DNA from: Halocafeteria seosinensis
Lineage: Eukaryota
Assembly (NCBI GenBank): GCA_001687465.1
Contig: LVLI01000369.1
Span: forward strand, 1 to 64,000
Direction: 5' to 3'
DNA: 64,000 nucleotides
Shown: positions 40,701 through 52,700 of the stretch, in pieces
Layout: each line of letters opens with the position of its first letter
Position numbering within the stretch: position 1 is the stretch's first letter
The notes under the pieces: model-generated
What the model was told of the DNA's origin: nothing
Seen by the model: the letters and a program-made list of their open reading frames with translations, nothing else
Database searches by the model: none
Translations under genes and position numbers: made by a program

Positions 40701-41758
40701 TTCCCTGGAACTTTCAACGTTCTTAGAAATTCTCCATACGGATCATAAAATTGGACCTGTGTAACGTCTTTAGAGGCCCCCGTGTCTTTAGCCAACTGTA
40801 TTCCCGCTATTCCTAACACGCTTCCAGAGGTATTCCATCGTGCGCACACAATGTGCATGCCTGTGTCCAAGAGAACTGGCTTATTGTCAGTTTCGGACCG
40901 CATTAACTGCACACGGCCATTTTCAAAAGCAATAGCCAATGTGGGTGCTGCCTCATCCTCATATCCCTCTAATCCGTCGTACCAATCAAGGGAGGCAACG
41001 GGGGTAGCACCTTGAACATCCTCAACGGCGTATAGCTTCATCTCACCTAATTCACTTCCACCCGCATTGAACATGCGAATTTTTCCAGCAGTAGTTGCGA
41101 AGAGCAAGAGTTTTCCCCCGGGAGACCATTCGACTCTTGACAAATGCTCCCCTAACTCCTTACCCCACGAACGATTGCCATCAACACCTCCAACTATGAT
41201 CGCCCCGTCTTCGTACACTATGCAAATTTCCTCGCCATTGGCTTTCCATCTCATATCGCGTACAACGGATTTATTACGGTTGTTAATCATCTCTTCGAAC
41301 CACATGCCTTTGTGTAACACCCAGACAATAATGAGACCGTTTTCATCAGAGGTAGTTAGCTTTTGAAACTGTGGATTCCAGGCCGCCACGAGGACAGCCC
41401 CTGCAAAATGTCCACGAGATGCAGAATGAAGAAGAGCTATCGGCAAGCAGTATCCCGAGGCGAAATAAACGTACCATTATGGCCTTCAAGTGATTGATTC
41501 ATGGTCAATTGAGTGGGAGCAGCCACCCCTGTGATACCCTGCGACGGCTGCGTTTCCAATTTCAGAATTCTCATGAGCCCTTCGTTTCCTCCACAGGCAA
41601 TCCAACCATCCTGGCGAATGGGATTCCATTCGGCAGTATTGAGGGATATGCCATTGGGAATGGCTATCTGAAAAATCAAGCAACAAGCGTCGGTAGATGC
41701 GCCTGAAAGACAGCGATCGGAGGGCGCAGCGTACCTTTTTGTTCAAGAAGACGAACAT
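37713..41758 (-). CDS. WDR35: WD repeat protein 35 / IFT121 (IFT-A complex); multi-exon
   Basis: MFVFLNKK|IAIPN, GWIACGG, MNQSLEGH, KLTTSDENGLIIVW, EEMINNRNKSVV, NPHKRLWRLLAE and C-terminal zinc ribbons CVASGRPI...CPLCH; stop at 37713. Confidence 0.95.
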
Positions 41759-42395
41759 TTCTCCTTCCAGAGCCACCCTCCACTTTCGACCTATGGTACT
41801 AGAGGCCCAACAAGTCCATCCCTACCCGCTATGACGCAAATTCACTCAAATCTGTTTGGAAACCAGTAAATAGAGCCACCTCTAGATACATGCACGTTAA
41901 CGTGTTTTTTCAAGTGTCAGAAAAGTTTGTCGTGTACGAGGCTGTAAACTTTGTAAAGAAGACTTTAAGAAGCACGTGAAAGGCTCTGTTTGCGAGTGAG
42001 CGGTAGAGGACTGCTGCGTTCTACCCGACGCTTAGTATGGAAGATAGTACGGAATTCTGCAGATGCTTACAACTCAGGGAGTCTGTGATGTGTCTGCGAT
42101 TGCCTAGAGAAGACAGCAAATTCCAATTCCAGGAATTCGTATGGACCCACAAGATATAACTACACCACCGGTGCAAATTAAAGATGAATAAGCGCCAATT
42201 CGAAACACTAAATTTGCATTCAGTATCAACATATTTATGCAGTCTTTCATTTTAGATAGACATGGTAAATGCGAAATGTTTCTGGTTTCATTTTGGATTC
42301 GGCGCTGAAAAACCGGCAAGGTGGTCAAGAAATGGCTTAATATTCCTAACTCATGCCTGCAGATTCTGCTGTGTAAGACGCATACACGGCGGTCA

Positions 42396-43008
42396 CTATT
42401 GTTCAGCACCCTCCTCTGATCCCTCTGTTTGCCCTTGGCCTTGCTGCTGCTTCTGCATTTCCTCCTGGTATTTCTTCTGCTTTTCAAGAATTTCGTCTCT
42501 TAGCTTTTCTCTATCCTTTGACTTGGTATCTATATCTTTTTCAAGTTGTTCTCTGCATGCCATTACATACTAGACGTATGGAACTTGGAGCGGGTATTGA
42601 GCCGAGCCTCTCTTACAAGTTCGAGCGTATGAAGGTGAGCCTTCCGTCTACTGCTTGTTTGGCATCTTCCAAATCTTGCTTGATTAAGACAGGTCCTCGT
42701 AGCTTAAACACTTCTGATTCATCATCAAGTTTCCCGAATTCCTCTTTGACCATCAGATTTTCATTGAGTTGGCTTTCCAATTTAGACTGCTTGTTCACTA
42801 ATTCGGAGATCGCTGCACGAACAAACAACCATACATGTACCAGTCAGTCGTGGAGCTACGAAAAGGGCGACATGGAGGCCGAATGGATACGGCAAATGTC
42901 CTGGAATGGTAGACCAAATAGCTTACACTGTTGGAGTTTTTGAAATTCCTCATACTTCTGCTGCACCTCAGGGGGCATCTGTTGTTGTTGCTGCTCTGCC
43001 GTGGACAT
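42396..43008 (-). CDS. PFDN6: Prefoldin subunit 6; 3 exons
   Basis: KLESQLNENLMVKEEFGKLDDESEVFKLRGPVLIKQDLEDAKQAVDGRLTFI; GT-AG introns 42926-42813 and from 42616. Confidence 0.9.
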
Positions 43009-43493
43009 TTTAATTGTATTTCCGAGACCAAATTACCACATCAAAACACAAATAGAATTGCTTCAAAACCATAGTGACACAAAGATCTACTCGCTGCTCG
43101 TGTATACTACGAGCAAGGAGGACAAAATGAATCCAGCTTTGCTAAGCCCAAGGAAAGATTGCTTTCTTGGCATTATTCTTACAATACGCTTGCGCAGAAG
43201 TATAACACAGCATACAGGCGTGTTATGTTATCGCCGTGTCATGACTGAATTTGTCTATAAAGCGTCTGTAGCTCAGCAATTCCTTCAACTCGTTTAGTTC
43301 GCTTGTGGTATCAGAAAGCCAAGGAGGTACATGCAATTCAAACAACATGCTCATCTTAACGTCTTTCTCGTAATATAACAAAGGGTGCACTCAATCAACT
43401 AATCCGCTCAGCATTATACTAGAACGGAATTAAGCTGTTTGGACTGTATTGGAACTGGGAAGAACGGAATCGACTATATATAGCACCGCGGCA

Positions 43494-44121
43494 ATGGATT
43501 TGGCTCACGTCTCACGGGGAGCATCGATCTTCTCTTCGACCTCATATGACCCGGAGCATGATGCTAACAATATAATTGACGGGTAAGTTTCTGATGGCTG
43601 ACTCTAAGTTGAGGGAAAGCCTGCTTTGCATCTCTAGCCGTCTCTATGTGTTGCAGTGACGAAAGTACATTTTGGGCAACGACTGGTATGTATCCCCAGG
43701 AGGCGATCATACAGCTTGGTCATGAAGGTGTTCTATCTGAGTTTCGTGTTGTGGTCCGGAATGGTAGGTTGGGAATGCTTCTTATATGGGAGATTCCAAA
43801 CTTAAAGCTTAACCATCTCTTCTTCGTCCACAGCGAAAGAAGTACACCTCTGTGTTTGCCCCTCAACATCGCCTACCTCATGGCACAATGTTTCTACGTT
43901 AGGTATGGAAGTCAGGCGGCACGCAATGATTACCTCAAGCATTGCTAGTAGTTTGAACTGCAGAGTTAGAAAACAACCACGGTGGACCGCAGATTGAAAC
44001 AGTTGAATTGAACAAACCCCAACGCGCTTCCTATGTAAGGATTAGGATTGCTCGGGGCCATACAGATTTTTCTTCCGTTCACACACTATCAGCAATCGGG
44101 GAACAATACCATCATCTATGA
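43494..44121 (+). CDS. IFT25: Intraflagellar transport protein 25 (HSPB11); 4 exons
   Basis: Spliced MDLA...STSYDPEHDANNIIDGDESTFWATTGMYPQE...YVRIRIARGHTDFSSVH; introns 43583-43656, 43764-43833, 43903-43963. Confidence 0.9.
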
Positions 44122-44140
44122 GAGACGTCGGAAACGACGC

Positions 44141-44215
44141 TGACTAACTAACGTAGCGGTGTATTCTAGCGGTCTAACCTAGCCTAAAAGTCTAGCGGTC
44201 TAACCTAACGCTAAC
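44141..44215 (+). repeat. CTAAC-rich tract with a 17-bp direct repeat
   Basis: TCTAGCGGTCTAACCTA at 44165-44181 and 44191-44207; six CTAAC in 75 bp. Confidence 0.8.
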
Positions 44216-44269
44216 ACGACACACAGGAGGTGTGCACATGACGGAACGTAGTTACTCTGTGGTAGTGAG

Positions 44270-44822
44270 TTACTGGAATTTCCTAGCTGATCCACTAAAC
44301 ATGCCTGAATAAGTGGAATCCAAACAAATGCCAACACGTAAGCAAGGGGACTCAACCCTGCCTGGTACTTACCAACTTTGCCGACATCCTCAACGACTCT
44401 TTTATTCTTGTGATGGGTCCTGGAGCAATCAGGCGAAGTCGGGATTAATTGAGTGTGACAGTAGCAGTTCATTGAAAGACAGTTTGACATACCACTTGGC
44501 ACCTTCCTCAAAGTTCTCTCGCACAATGCTGGTCCTTTGCTGGCGGTTCCACTGGACATCAGGGTGGGTGAATAAATAACGACTGCTCATGTAGGCACAC
44601 CAGAGGCATCCAACGCTAACAGAGACGATGATGGGCCAAGTCTGCAATCATACGCATTCATTTATTCATGCAGGGGATACAATTTGGGGTGAGACGGAAT
44701 ACCGCTCACTATTTCCCCTTTGACACCCCCTTTAGAACCCTTTTTGTAGTTCTTACCTCCTTTGGCTTCTTAACCCACACCTGCATGAGGTCAGGGCGAA
44801 TTGCACGTCCATTGAATGCCAT
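44270..44822 (-). CDS. NDUFA4/B12D-family small mitochondrial membrane protein; 4 exons
   Basis: Spliced WVKKPKE|TWPIIVSVSVGCLWCAYMSSRYLFTHPDVQWNRQQRTSIVRENFEEGAKW, matching the B12D pattern PE.YP-TM-R...NPDV....R....EN..EG.. Confidence 0.8.
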
Positions 44823-45077
44823 TTTCAAGTTTTTTCTTTTCGGTCCGACTGAAAGGAATGAACTTATACCGATCTACCGCACTTGTGCCGAGTGACAAAA
44901 CTATCAATTTTCCACTTTACGTACGGAATAAAGAGATTGCGGCATTCCAGACAACCAGGCAAACTACCTTCACAAACGTGTATATCAGAGCTACTGCTTC
45001 GTACCCAGCGTGTATTGACGGCCAGACACCTCGTCTGCTGGCTGTAGTGCCCCTTGCATGCAGTGTGCCGGTTCAGA

Positions 45078-46122
45078 ATGTCGCGTATACAAAAACTCGT
45101 GAAATATGGGATCCCTGCGTACCTCGCTGCGGCGGGTGGGTCCTACTATTTCGTCAAACATATACAGCAGAAGAAAAACCAAGAGAAACAAGGTTCAGTA
45201 GCGGTCAGTGATCCCTCAAAGTATGCCAATCGGAAGGCCGTCTTTGATAGCATCGCAGATGATTACGACAAAAAGATTAACATGGACGAACTTGTGATGG
45301 GCATGAAACTCTTGCGATGGTTCTTAATCGCAAGAAATGCTTATGGAGATGTCTTAGAAGTGTCAACAGGGACAGGAAGGAACTTTAAATACTATCGATG
45401 GAATGACGCTGACAACACTGGCGATAAAACCGAGAAGCAAGGGGTGAGCAGTTTGACACTATCAGACGCCAGTGAACCAATGCTCTCAGTGTTGACAGAG
45501 CACCACAGGCTGAAGTGCACATCAGGCGAGAACAATAGCAATACTTCTCGTTGCACGGATCAAAAGGGACATCGAGTTACTTTGTCCTGCAACAGGGCAG
45601 AGAATTTGCCGTTCAACGATAACACATTCGATACAGGTACGGACCGAGCTCAGTGAACTGGCATGATTCCAAGTCACAGCGCATTTAATCGGCGCAGTCG
45701 TCGATACTTTTGGCCTTTGCTCTGTAGAAGACCCTGCCAAAGCACTTTCTGAGATGCTACGAGTTTGTAAACCTGGTGGGAAGGTACGATAATACGTGCA
45801 GTGACGCGGAGTTGGGTGCACTGTAGCACTGGGAATAATGCAGATCTTGTTGTTGGAGCATGGCCGCTCACGATATCGCTATTTAGCAAATATATTGGAC
45901 AAGAATGCCAAAGAGCATGCTGCCAAATGGGGCTGCTGGTGGAATCGTGATCTGCGTAGCCTTATCCTCAACACCGAAGGCATCACACACGAAACGTTCT
46001 TCTCGTGGCATTTCGGTACGTTCAAGTACTGCTTATGGCTTTCCTGCTCTATTTCCTTACATTCTCATTGTTTTCCCATTTGTACAGACTCAACATTTTA
46101 CCTTGTTGCTAGCAAACAATGA
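45078..46122 (+). CDS. Class I SAM-dependent methyltransferase (OMS1/UbiE-like) with N-terminal anchor; multi-exon
   Basis: [72 protein letters not shown]. Confidence 0.85.
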
Positions 46123-46798
46123 AACTTGCTGAAGTGAAATAGTTGCTGCCCCCAATTGTACTGCGAACTTCGTAGCAGCCCAAGCGAAGAGAGGAAAAGT
46201 TCGTTTTACGGAAACGATTCTTGCTGAATCGTTGCTTATAGCATCTCTACTGTGGGGAAGTGAGTGAGCCTAAAAATCTCGGGAGCCACAAGCAATGGAT
46301 TTGGTTCCTCGTGAATTGTGCAATCTGCAAGTTGTAAACATGCAATCTCGCGGCTTCATCCGCGTATGTTACGACATAGTGGCTTTTCTCCCCTGGAAAC
46401 ATATTTGATTTTTTTGTGGATTCAGGTTGTGCAAACGGGGCCACGAAATCTATCGTAGTCTTCTTTCTTGCAGAAATTTGCGCACAGTCGTATTCAATAT
46501 CCATGTGATTATTAGCATTAGTGTGGAGATCAATCAACATCAATTTTAACTTCTTATGCATATTCCCTGCTTTGATCTTGTGAAAACATCGTGCGACCTC
46601 CTCGACTTAGCCGTTAACGTTCGTTAAGCCTCTTCTACAGGGATCTGAGGCACATTATTCCCTTGAAGGCGTCTTATTGTTTTTCCATCTATTTGTATAA
46701 CATTCTGATACCTGCACTTGGAGGAGCAGGTGCTTTTGTCGTTAGACAGCGCCTTGCATGGACTAGAGTAGGGAGTACATCACAAGAGCGCCGGGACC

Positions 46799-49700
46799 AT
46801 GACGCGTTCCAAGAGCCGCAAGGAGCGAATTAAGGATTTTGGAATCGATTGTGGGGACGGCCTTGAATGGGGGGGAGGCACATGGAAGCCAGGAGGGGAG
46901 TACATCAAACATTTACCCGTGAAAAATGTGTCTACCAAGATACTCAAGGTGCGCTACAAGCTACCGAAGACCAAGTTCTTCTCGATGGAGTTTCCTGACC
47001 CTCTTCGACTAGCCCCAGGAAATGAAGTACTATTAGAAGTGCGATTTAGACCTATTCGGCTCGAAGAGTACGATGACTTCATCGAGTTCTACACGGAGGG
47101 AGGGTCTTTCCAAGTCCCCGTGAGAGCCAGGTTAAGTCGGCTTGCGGTGGACGTTCCTCAATTCCTGGATGTAGGATTATGTCCGGTCAACGAGACGGTT
47201 GCCAAGACGGTAGAGTTGTCCAATGTAGGAGAAATAGCGGCCAACTATGAATGGGACGTTGCAGCTCCGTTCAGCATAGAACCAGCCAAAGGAGAAATAG
47301 GAGCCGGCAAGAAGAAAACGTTGACAGTGTACACTCACCCTCAAAACGCCAACGTTTTTGAGAGTACAGCTATTTGCACAATATATGGAGCCCCGGAGAA
47401 AACGTCTGGAACGCATGGTGTATCCGGTCCAAGTAAGCTGGTGAGACGGTTTCACATAAACGCTGTGGGCAAATACCAATTCATCATGCTCGAAACTGAA
47501 GTTACCGATTTTGGGAAAGTACTGATCTCATCAGAAGGAACCAGCCATAAACGCAAAGTAAAATTATCGAATATGAGCCCTGTTCCTGCAACTCTAACTG
47601 TCAAGAGATTGGATGATGACCGCTTACCAGATTTTGCGATTTCCCCCAAAGAGACAGTGATACCTGGGTATGGGACGCAAGATATCACCTTATCTTATCG
47701 TCCTAGGGTTCCGGGATACTATTCCTGCGAAAAGTTCTTATTTTTGACACCGGGAGGAAACGTCGCACGCTTAACTGTCCGTGCACTCGCGCAGGGGCCA
47801 ATTGTGACCCTGTCAAGGAAAGATACTGCTGGTTCGTCGACGCCGAGGATGCGTTCAACAACGTTCAATTTCGGAGACTTATACCTCCCGCCCACTGGGA
47901 ACGATGCTATCGGAAAGAAAACCTCCCAAAAGGATACTCCGATAAAGACGCTTGTATTAACACTTCGGAATTTTAGTGGAACGACCTCCTACTTCTCTTT
48001 CGATACAAGTGGATTAGGAGTTTTCCGTCTGTCCAAGACTCATGGGAGCATCCCTCCATATTTGTCCACCGAGGTGATTGTCGCATTCAGACCAGGCGCT
48101 TTTGGAAACTACTATAGAAGACTGTACTGCAAGATTCGAGATAGCTCGCCCCTTTATGCCGATCTCCTGGGGACTGCCTACGATGATAAACAAAGGCCTT
48201 TTCCGATGAAGGAGACCCACATTGATATATACCGTTTGCGACCTCCTGCGGTAAAGAGGTTATCTGCAGCCGAACTGGGCTCTCTAATGAGCACTCTGCA
48301 GAACGATAACATGGAAGAATTGACGTTTGGAGAGGAAGATGGAACGTTGGGCCACTCTCGTCATGACACAAAGTCATCAACTAGTCGAAGATCTCGTCCA
48401 TTCATATTATCGGTAGAAACCCTCATGAGTGAGAGAGAGTTTAGGCTAAAGCGTCCGGAATTTGTCATCGCTGAAAACTCTAAGGCGGTCGGAGCAATGC
48501 GGCCAACGTCGTCTTCTTTGGGAAAAACTTTAGACCGTGCCAATACAAATGGTAAACAGACAACGCTTCCAACCGAAGAGATTGCGGAAGTTTGTCAGAC
48601 GCACAATTCTGACTTGAGTAATGATCAGTTGTACACTGTTACTCGTAGTGGCGAAACGGATCGAGCGACTTGTTCCCTTTATTCAGAAATATTTGGGACA
48701 TCAAATGGTGATGCCCCACTAGAGGTGCTGGAGAACTTGTTGGACTTTGGTGCTGGGAGTCGAACGCGTATTAATGAGAAGAAGTCTTTGCATATTCGAA
48801 ACAACACGCGTTACAAAATGTCTGTGGAGCTTGTTGTCCCTGTCTCGACCATAGGGGGTACCACGGGTCCCTTGGAGAACGAAGAGTTCCGCAATCTATA
48901 CATCGACGGCGCTCATAATTGGCATGTCTCAAGTACCTGCTTTGACGTCGACGCAGAATCTACCATTGAAGCTGTGATTTCGTTCAGGCCTTTGACTGAT
49001 GATGTTTATTACTCCGATGAGCTTGAGATTTACGCAACACCAAAACTGAACCGGAGTTTCCGTTTGGTAGATGAAGAAACATTCATCCCTCCTTATTTTT
49101 GCAGTGTAGAGCTCCGAGGACACACGTTTAGGACGACGGAACAATTTGTTCCGCGGCTGGAGCCGGTGCTGCGGTATTCTTGTGCCGATGGCTCGGCCGA
49201 AGACTCACTGATAAAAGGAGTTCGGGATATTCAAATGCCAGCCTGCTTTGTTGGTGATTCCACGTTCTATACCTTTGAGTTGTTGAACAGTGGTGATACT
49301 CCGGCGACCTTTCGCATTGAAACGGGTTATTCTCACGTGTTCTCGGTTCAGCCAACATCGGGGAAGATTGAAGCTGGTGAATTCCACTTGATATGCATTC
49401 AGTTTTCTCCAACTCATGTTAGGAAATTCAAGGAAAACCTTAAACTTATCATGAACGAAGATCCTAATCACGCTCAACAATTGGCCGCCACGGGTTTGGG
49501 AACCAGTCCTGCTTTGCAACTTCATAATCTCCCCTCCAAGGGGACCGTGTATATTAAACCGACCTGTATCGGGGTAACTTCGTATGCAACGTTTGAATTA
49601 CTTAACACCTCTAGGACACCACTAAACTTCTCTTGGAATTTACTGGGGGAATCAAGAGACCAATTCGAAATAAGGCCGCCATATGGTTTCTTGCAGGGTA

Positions 49701-52700
49701 ATGACAGCGTTGAAGTCCGAATTAGTTACCTGCCCACCCGGAAGGGTTTCGCCAAGCTTAGTGCTCGCTGTGATGCGAGACCTGCCGGCCATGTCGACAG
49801 GGATTGGGAAATTGCCTCCGCGCAAGCCAGTGAATGGTTCGATGAAGATACCGCAACTCCTACTTCGGCTCTTAAACTTGTATATGCGGAGTCAGTCGAA
49901 GAACTTACGGAAATGGTGTCGACGAGAAGCCTTTTTACTACAGATTCCGCGGCTTCAAGTGTTCAGTCTGTCTCGGTTAATGTTGAGACTGAGGCTGGTC
50001 CAGGCGCCCTGCAGTTCTCTCCGACCAATGTACAGTTTGGTGCATTGTTGGTAGATACTACTAGGCATCGGACAATCACTGTATTGAACAGAAGCGATTG
50101 TACGGTGCACTTTAGGCTTGGAGCGTATGTTGATGCCTTCGAGCAATGTCTCGATTCATACGAATTTTATTCTCGGGAGAATGATTCTCGCGATCCCAAT
50201 GCTTGCCTAGTGTTTGAGCCGGGAGAGTGCACCCTGCAACCACATAGCTCTGTGGCAGTCACAGTATCCTTCACACCGGAATTCCCTGCTCGTTATGTGA
50301 TCAGAGCGTTTTACGAGATACTGGAAAACAGCGACACATCGCAAATATCCGATGCCGCCTCGGAACAACTGAAGGTCAGCATGAATGCAGCTAAAAGCGC
50401 TGCGAGACAAATGGCATCTAGAATCGCCAATGGATATTTAGTCAGGATGGATGAGCCCCCAGATAATGAAGATGTCCTGTGGTGTGAGCTAATCGGGTGC
50501 GGTGCATACCCTTCTGTTGTCCTAGAGGACGTACGCGGACTAAACAGCATCGAGTCTTTGTTGACTTTTTTCCCGAAGCCTCCTGCACGGAGAGGGGTTC
50601 CGCTTTTGTGTCAGGATGCCGACCAAGAGCGTGAAGGGGAAGCACTTTACTACCACAAATTAAATGTAAATTATGGTCGCGATGGCGTTGCGTTTCTGGC
50701 CAACCAAGTTGGCTCGGACAGGTCTTTGCCCGAACGGAGGGACACTTCCGTACCTGTAGGAGGTGATCACCAAGGGGGCTGGCTCTTTCCCTGCACCGTG
50801 GGCCTCCCCGGAGATGTACACCCCCTAGCATTGCCTTCGAGTCACACGGGTCAGGAAAAGCAAGCCCGGGAGGAAGTGGGAGAAGTTATGTCGTATCAAG
50901 ACTTGTCCTCGTGTCTGTGCAAATTTCTCGGACTGGATAGGAGCAAAGTACCTAATGTCGATTCGATTCAATTTAAGATCCATAACTCTGCTTCTGCAAG
51001 TTCTCGGATGTGGAACCAAATGTCGCTTCAAGGCTTGAACTCTGCGCTATCGTCTCCCTTGACGGATAAAGAATTGCAATTCAACAAAGCCACCCATGAT
51101 ATGGATCCTGCCACGTATTTAGAAACAATCCCCTTGGAATTTACTCCCGCCCCTCTGGGATCACCGCCGCAGTTAGTGGCCTTCAACGTTCGTAACAGTA
51201 GCCGTTTACCAGCAAATATTGATCTTCGGTGGGAGCATGATCCCGATGTTGACATAGAGCCCTGGGCAGCGACAACAGAACCTACAGAAACCGAAGTTAG
51301 GCTACGCCAGCTAGTAGATCGCCGAATATTCGGTGTTTTTCCTAGGCAGGCAACTCTGGAACCGGGTGAGGCAACTACAATTTATTTCTTCTACTCGTAC
51401 GTTTCGACTGTTTCAAAGGGCGTACATGAGCTCCCGTTGATATTCCGAGTCTTCAAAGGGAAACAGATCCGACTTGTCCTTAGGGGGCGCACTCTCGACC
51501 CATCTGCTCCTTACCTATACATGACATCTCCTAACCGATCATACAACCTTGCCGCCGTTCCCGTCGGATGCGTGGACCCTCCGAGGCAGCCTATTAAACT
51601 GATAAACCCAACTGGTATTGATGTGGCGTTTGCTCTGGACGAGAGTTCCCTTGAAGCGTATGCTCATGAAAATCATAATTTTAGCGTACTTCGCGCTTCT
51701 CTGCGGCCGCCATTTAATATGCTCAAACCCTCGGAGGCTAGTGGGGAAATAACAGAAGCTGTTATTCAGCAGCTTCTCAGTGGACGCCAGCCGCAAGATT
51801 ACTATAGTGGTGTCGAGCGTGTGGGAATTATTCCTGCACAGAGCGAAAGCACTATATGGATTACGTTCCAGCCCTTGGAGGCGAAAGAGTATGTTTGCCC
51901 CTTGCGGATTGTTTATACATATGCTAGCACGCTAAAATCCACCGAAGGCTGGAGTTCCGAGGAGGTGCGAATGATGGCTAGTCATCTCCGCCGAGTAGAC
52001 CCTTCGCTGGAATTCTTTCCGGAAAACTCGGTGGCCAACGTATCCGTGGCGGAAACGCTCCCCCCTTTGTTGGAAGATATTGGGGATCTAACAATCACAT
52101 TGAGGGGCAAGGGCTACAATCCCAGTGACTACGATGTTACGACATTACGATATGATGACCCTAGAGGTGTCCCCGATCTTGGTATAGGCGCAGGCATGAT
52201 CCGAAACGGGTTTTCACTCGGTATTATCAAAGAAGAGCTCGCCAAGAAATCGAACTGTGTGAAGAAATTCAAGACCATGGAACTTTCTCCCAGCGTACCG
52301 ACACTCAGCCGATTTTCAGCCATGTATCGCGCTGGTAGTGCTACTCTAGACAGGTGGTATTCCTCGTTGTTGAGTGTGACAGGTATGGACAATGGAAGCG
52401 ATGATGGTTTTGCACCGCTGGATCATGAGTATTCGCAAGTTAGGAATAAAACGAGTGAGGGTCGTTACAGCTGGTTGCCAGTATCCAATCGAGCAGCTGA
52501 AGAGGTTAGGCAGAAGCGCTGCCAGCAACGGGCCAGTCACGAAGCATTTCTCTCCCGTATGGACATGCTTGTTCGGCATTCTAATGCTACACAGAGTGAG
52601 CTATTCCAGCGACCCAATCCGGCGAAACCCAACGATCCTCGTATTACTGCTTCTGAAGACACCGTCACAGAGTACCTAAGCGGAACAAATTATCGTCCTG

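Noticed and set aside
43255..43330. TGTAGCTCAG resembling a tRNA A-box in the PFDN6-IFT25 spacer
   Set aside because: No downstream T-arm/B-box or acceptor pairing.
46016..46087. Stop-free 72-nt in-frame intron at the methyltransferase 3' end (possible retention isoform)
   Set aside because: Short 3n introns without stops occur by chance (ATG9 57684-57743 is another); undecidable without RNA data.
46123..46798. Intergenic ORF 46247-46561 and other short intergenic ORFs (42104-42487, 43001-43297, 35865-36182)
   Set aside because: No homology cues, splice logic or coding-like composition that I can support.
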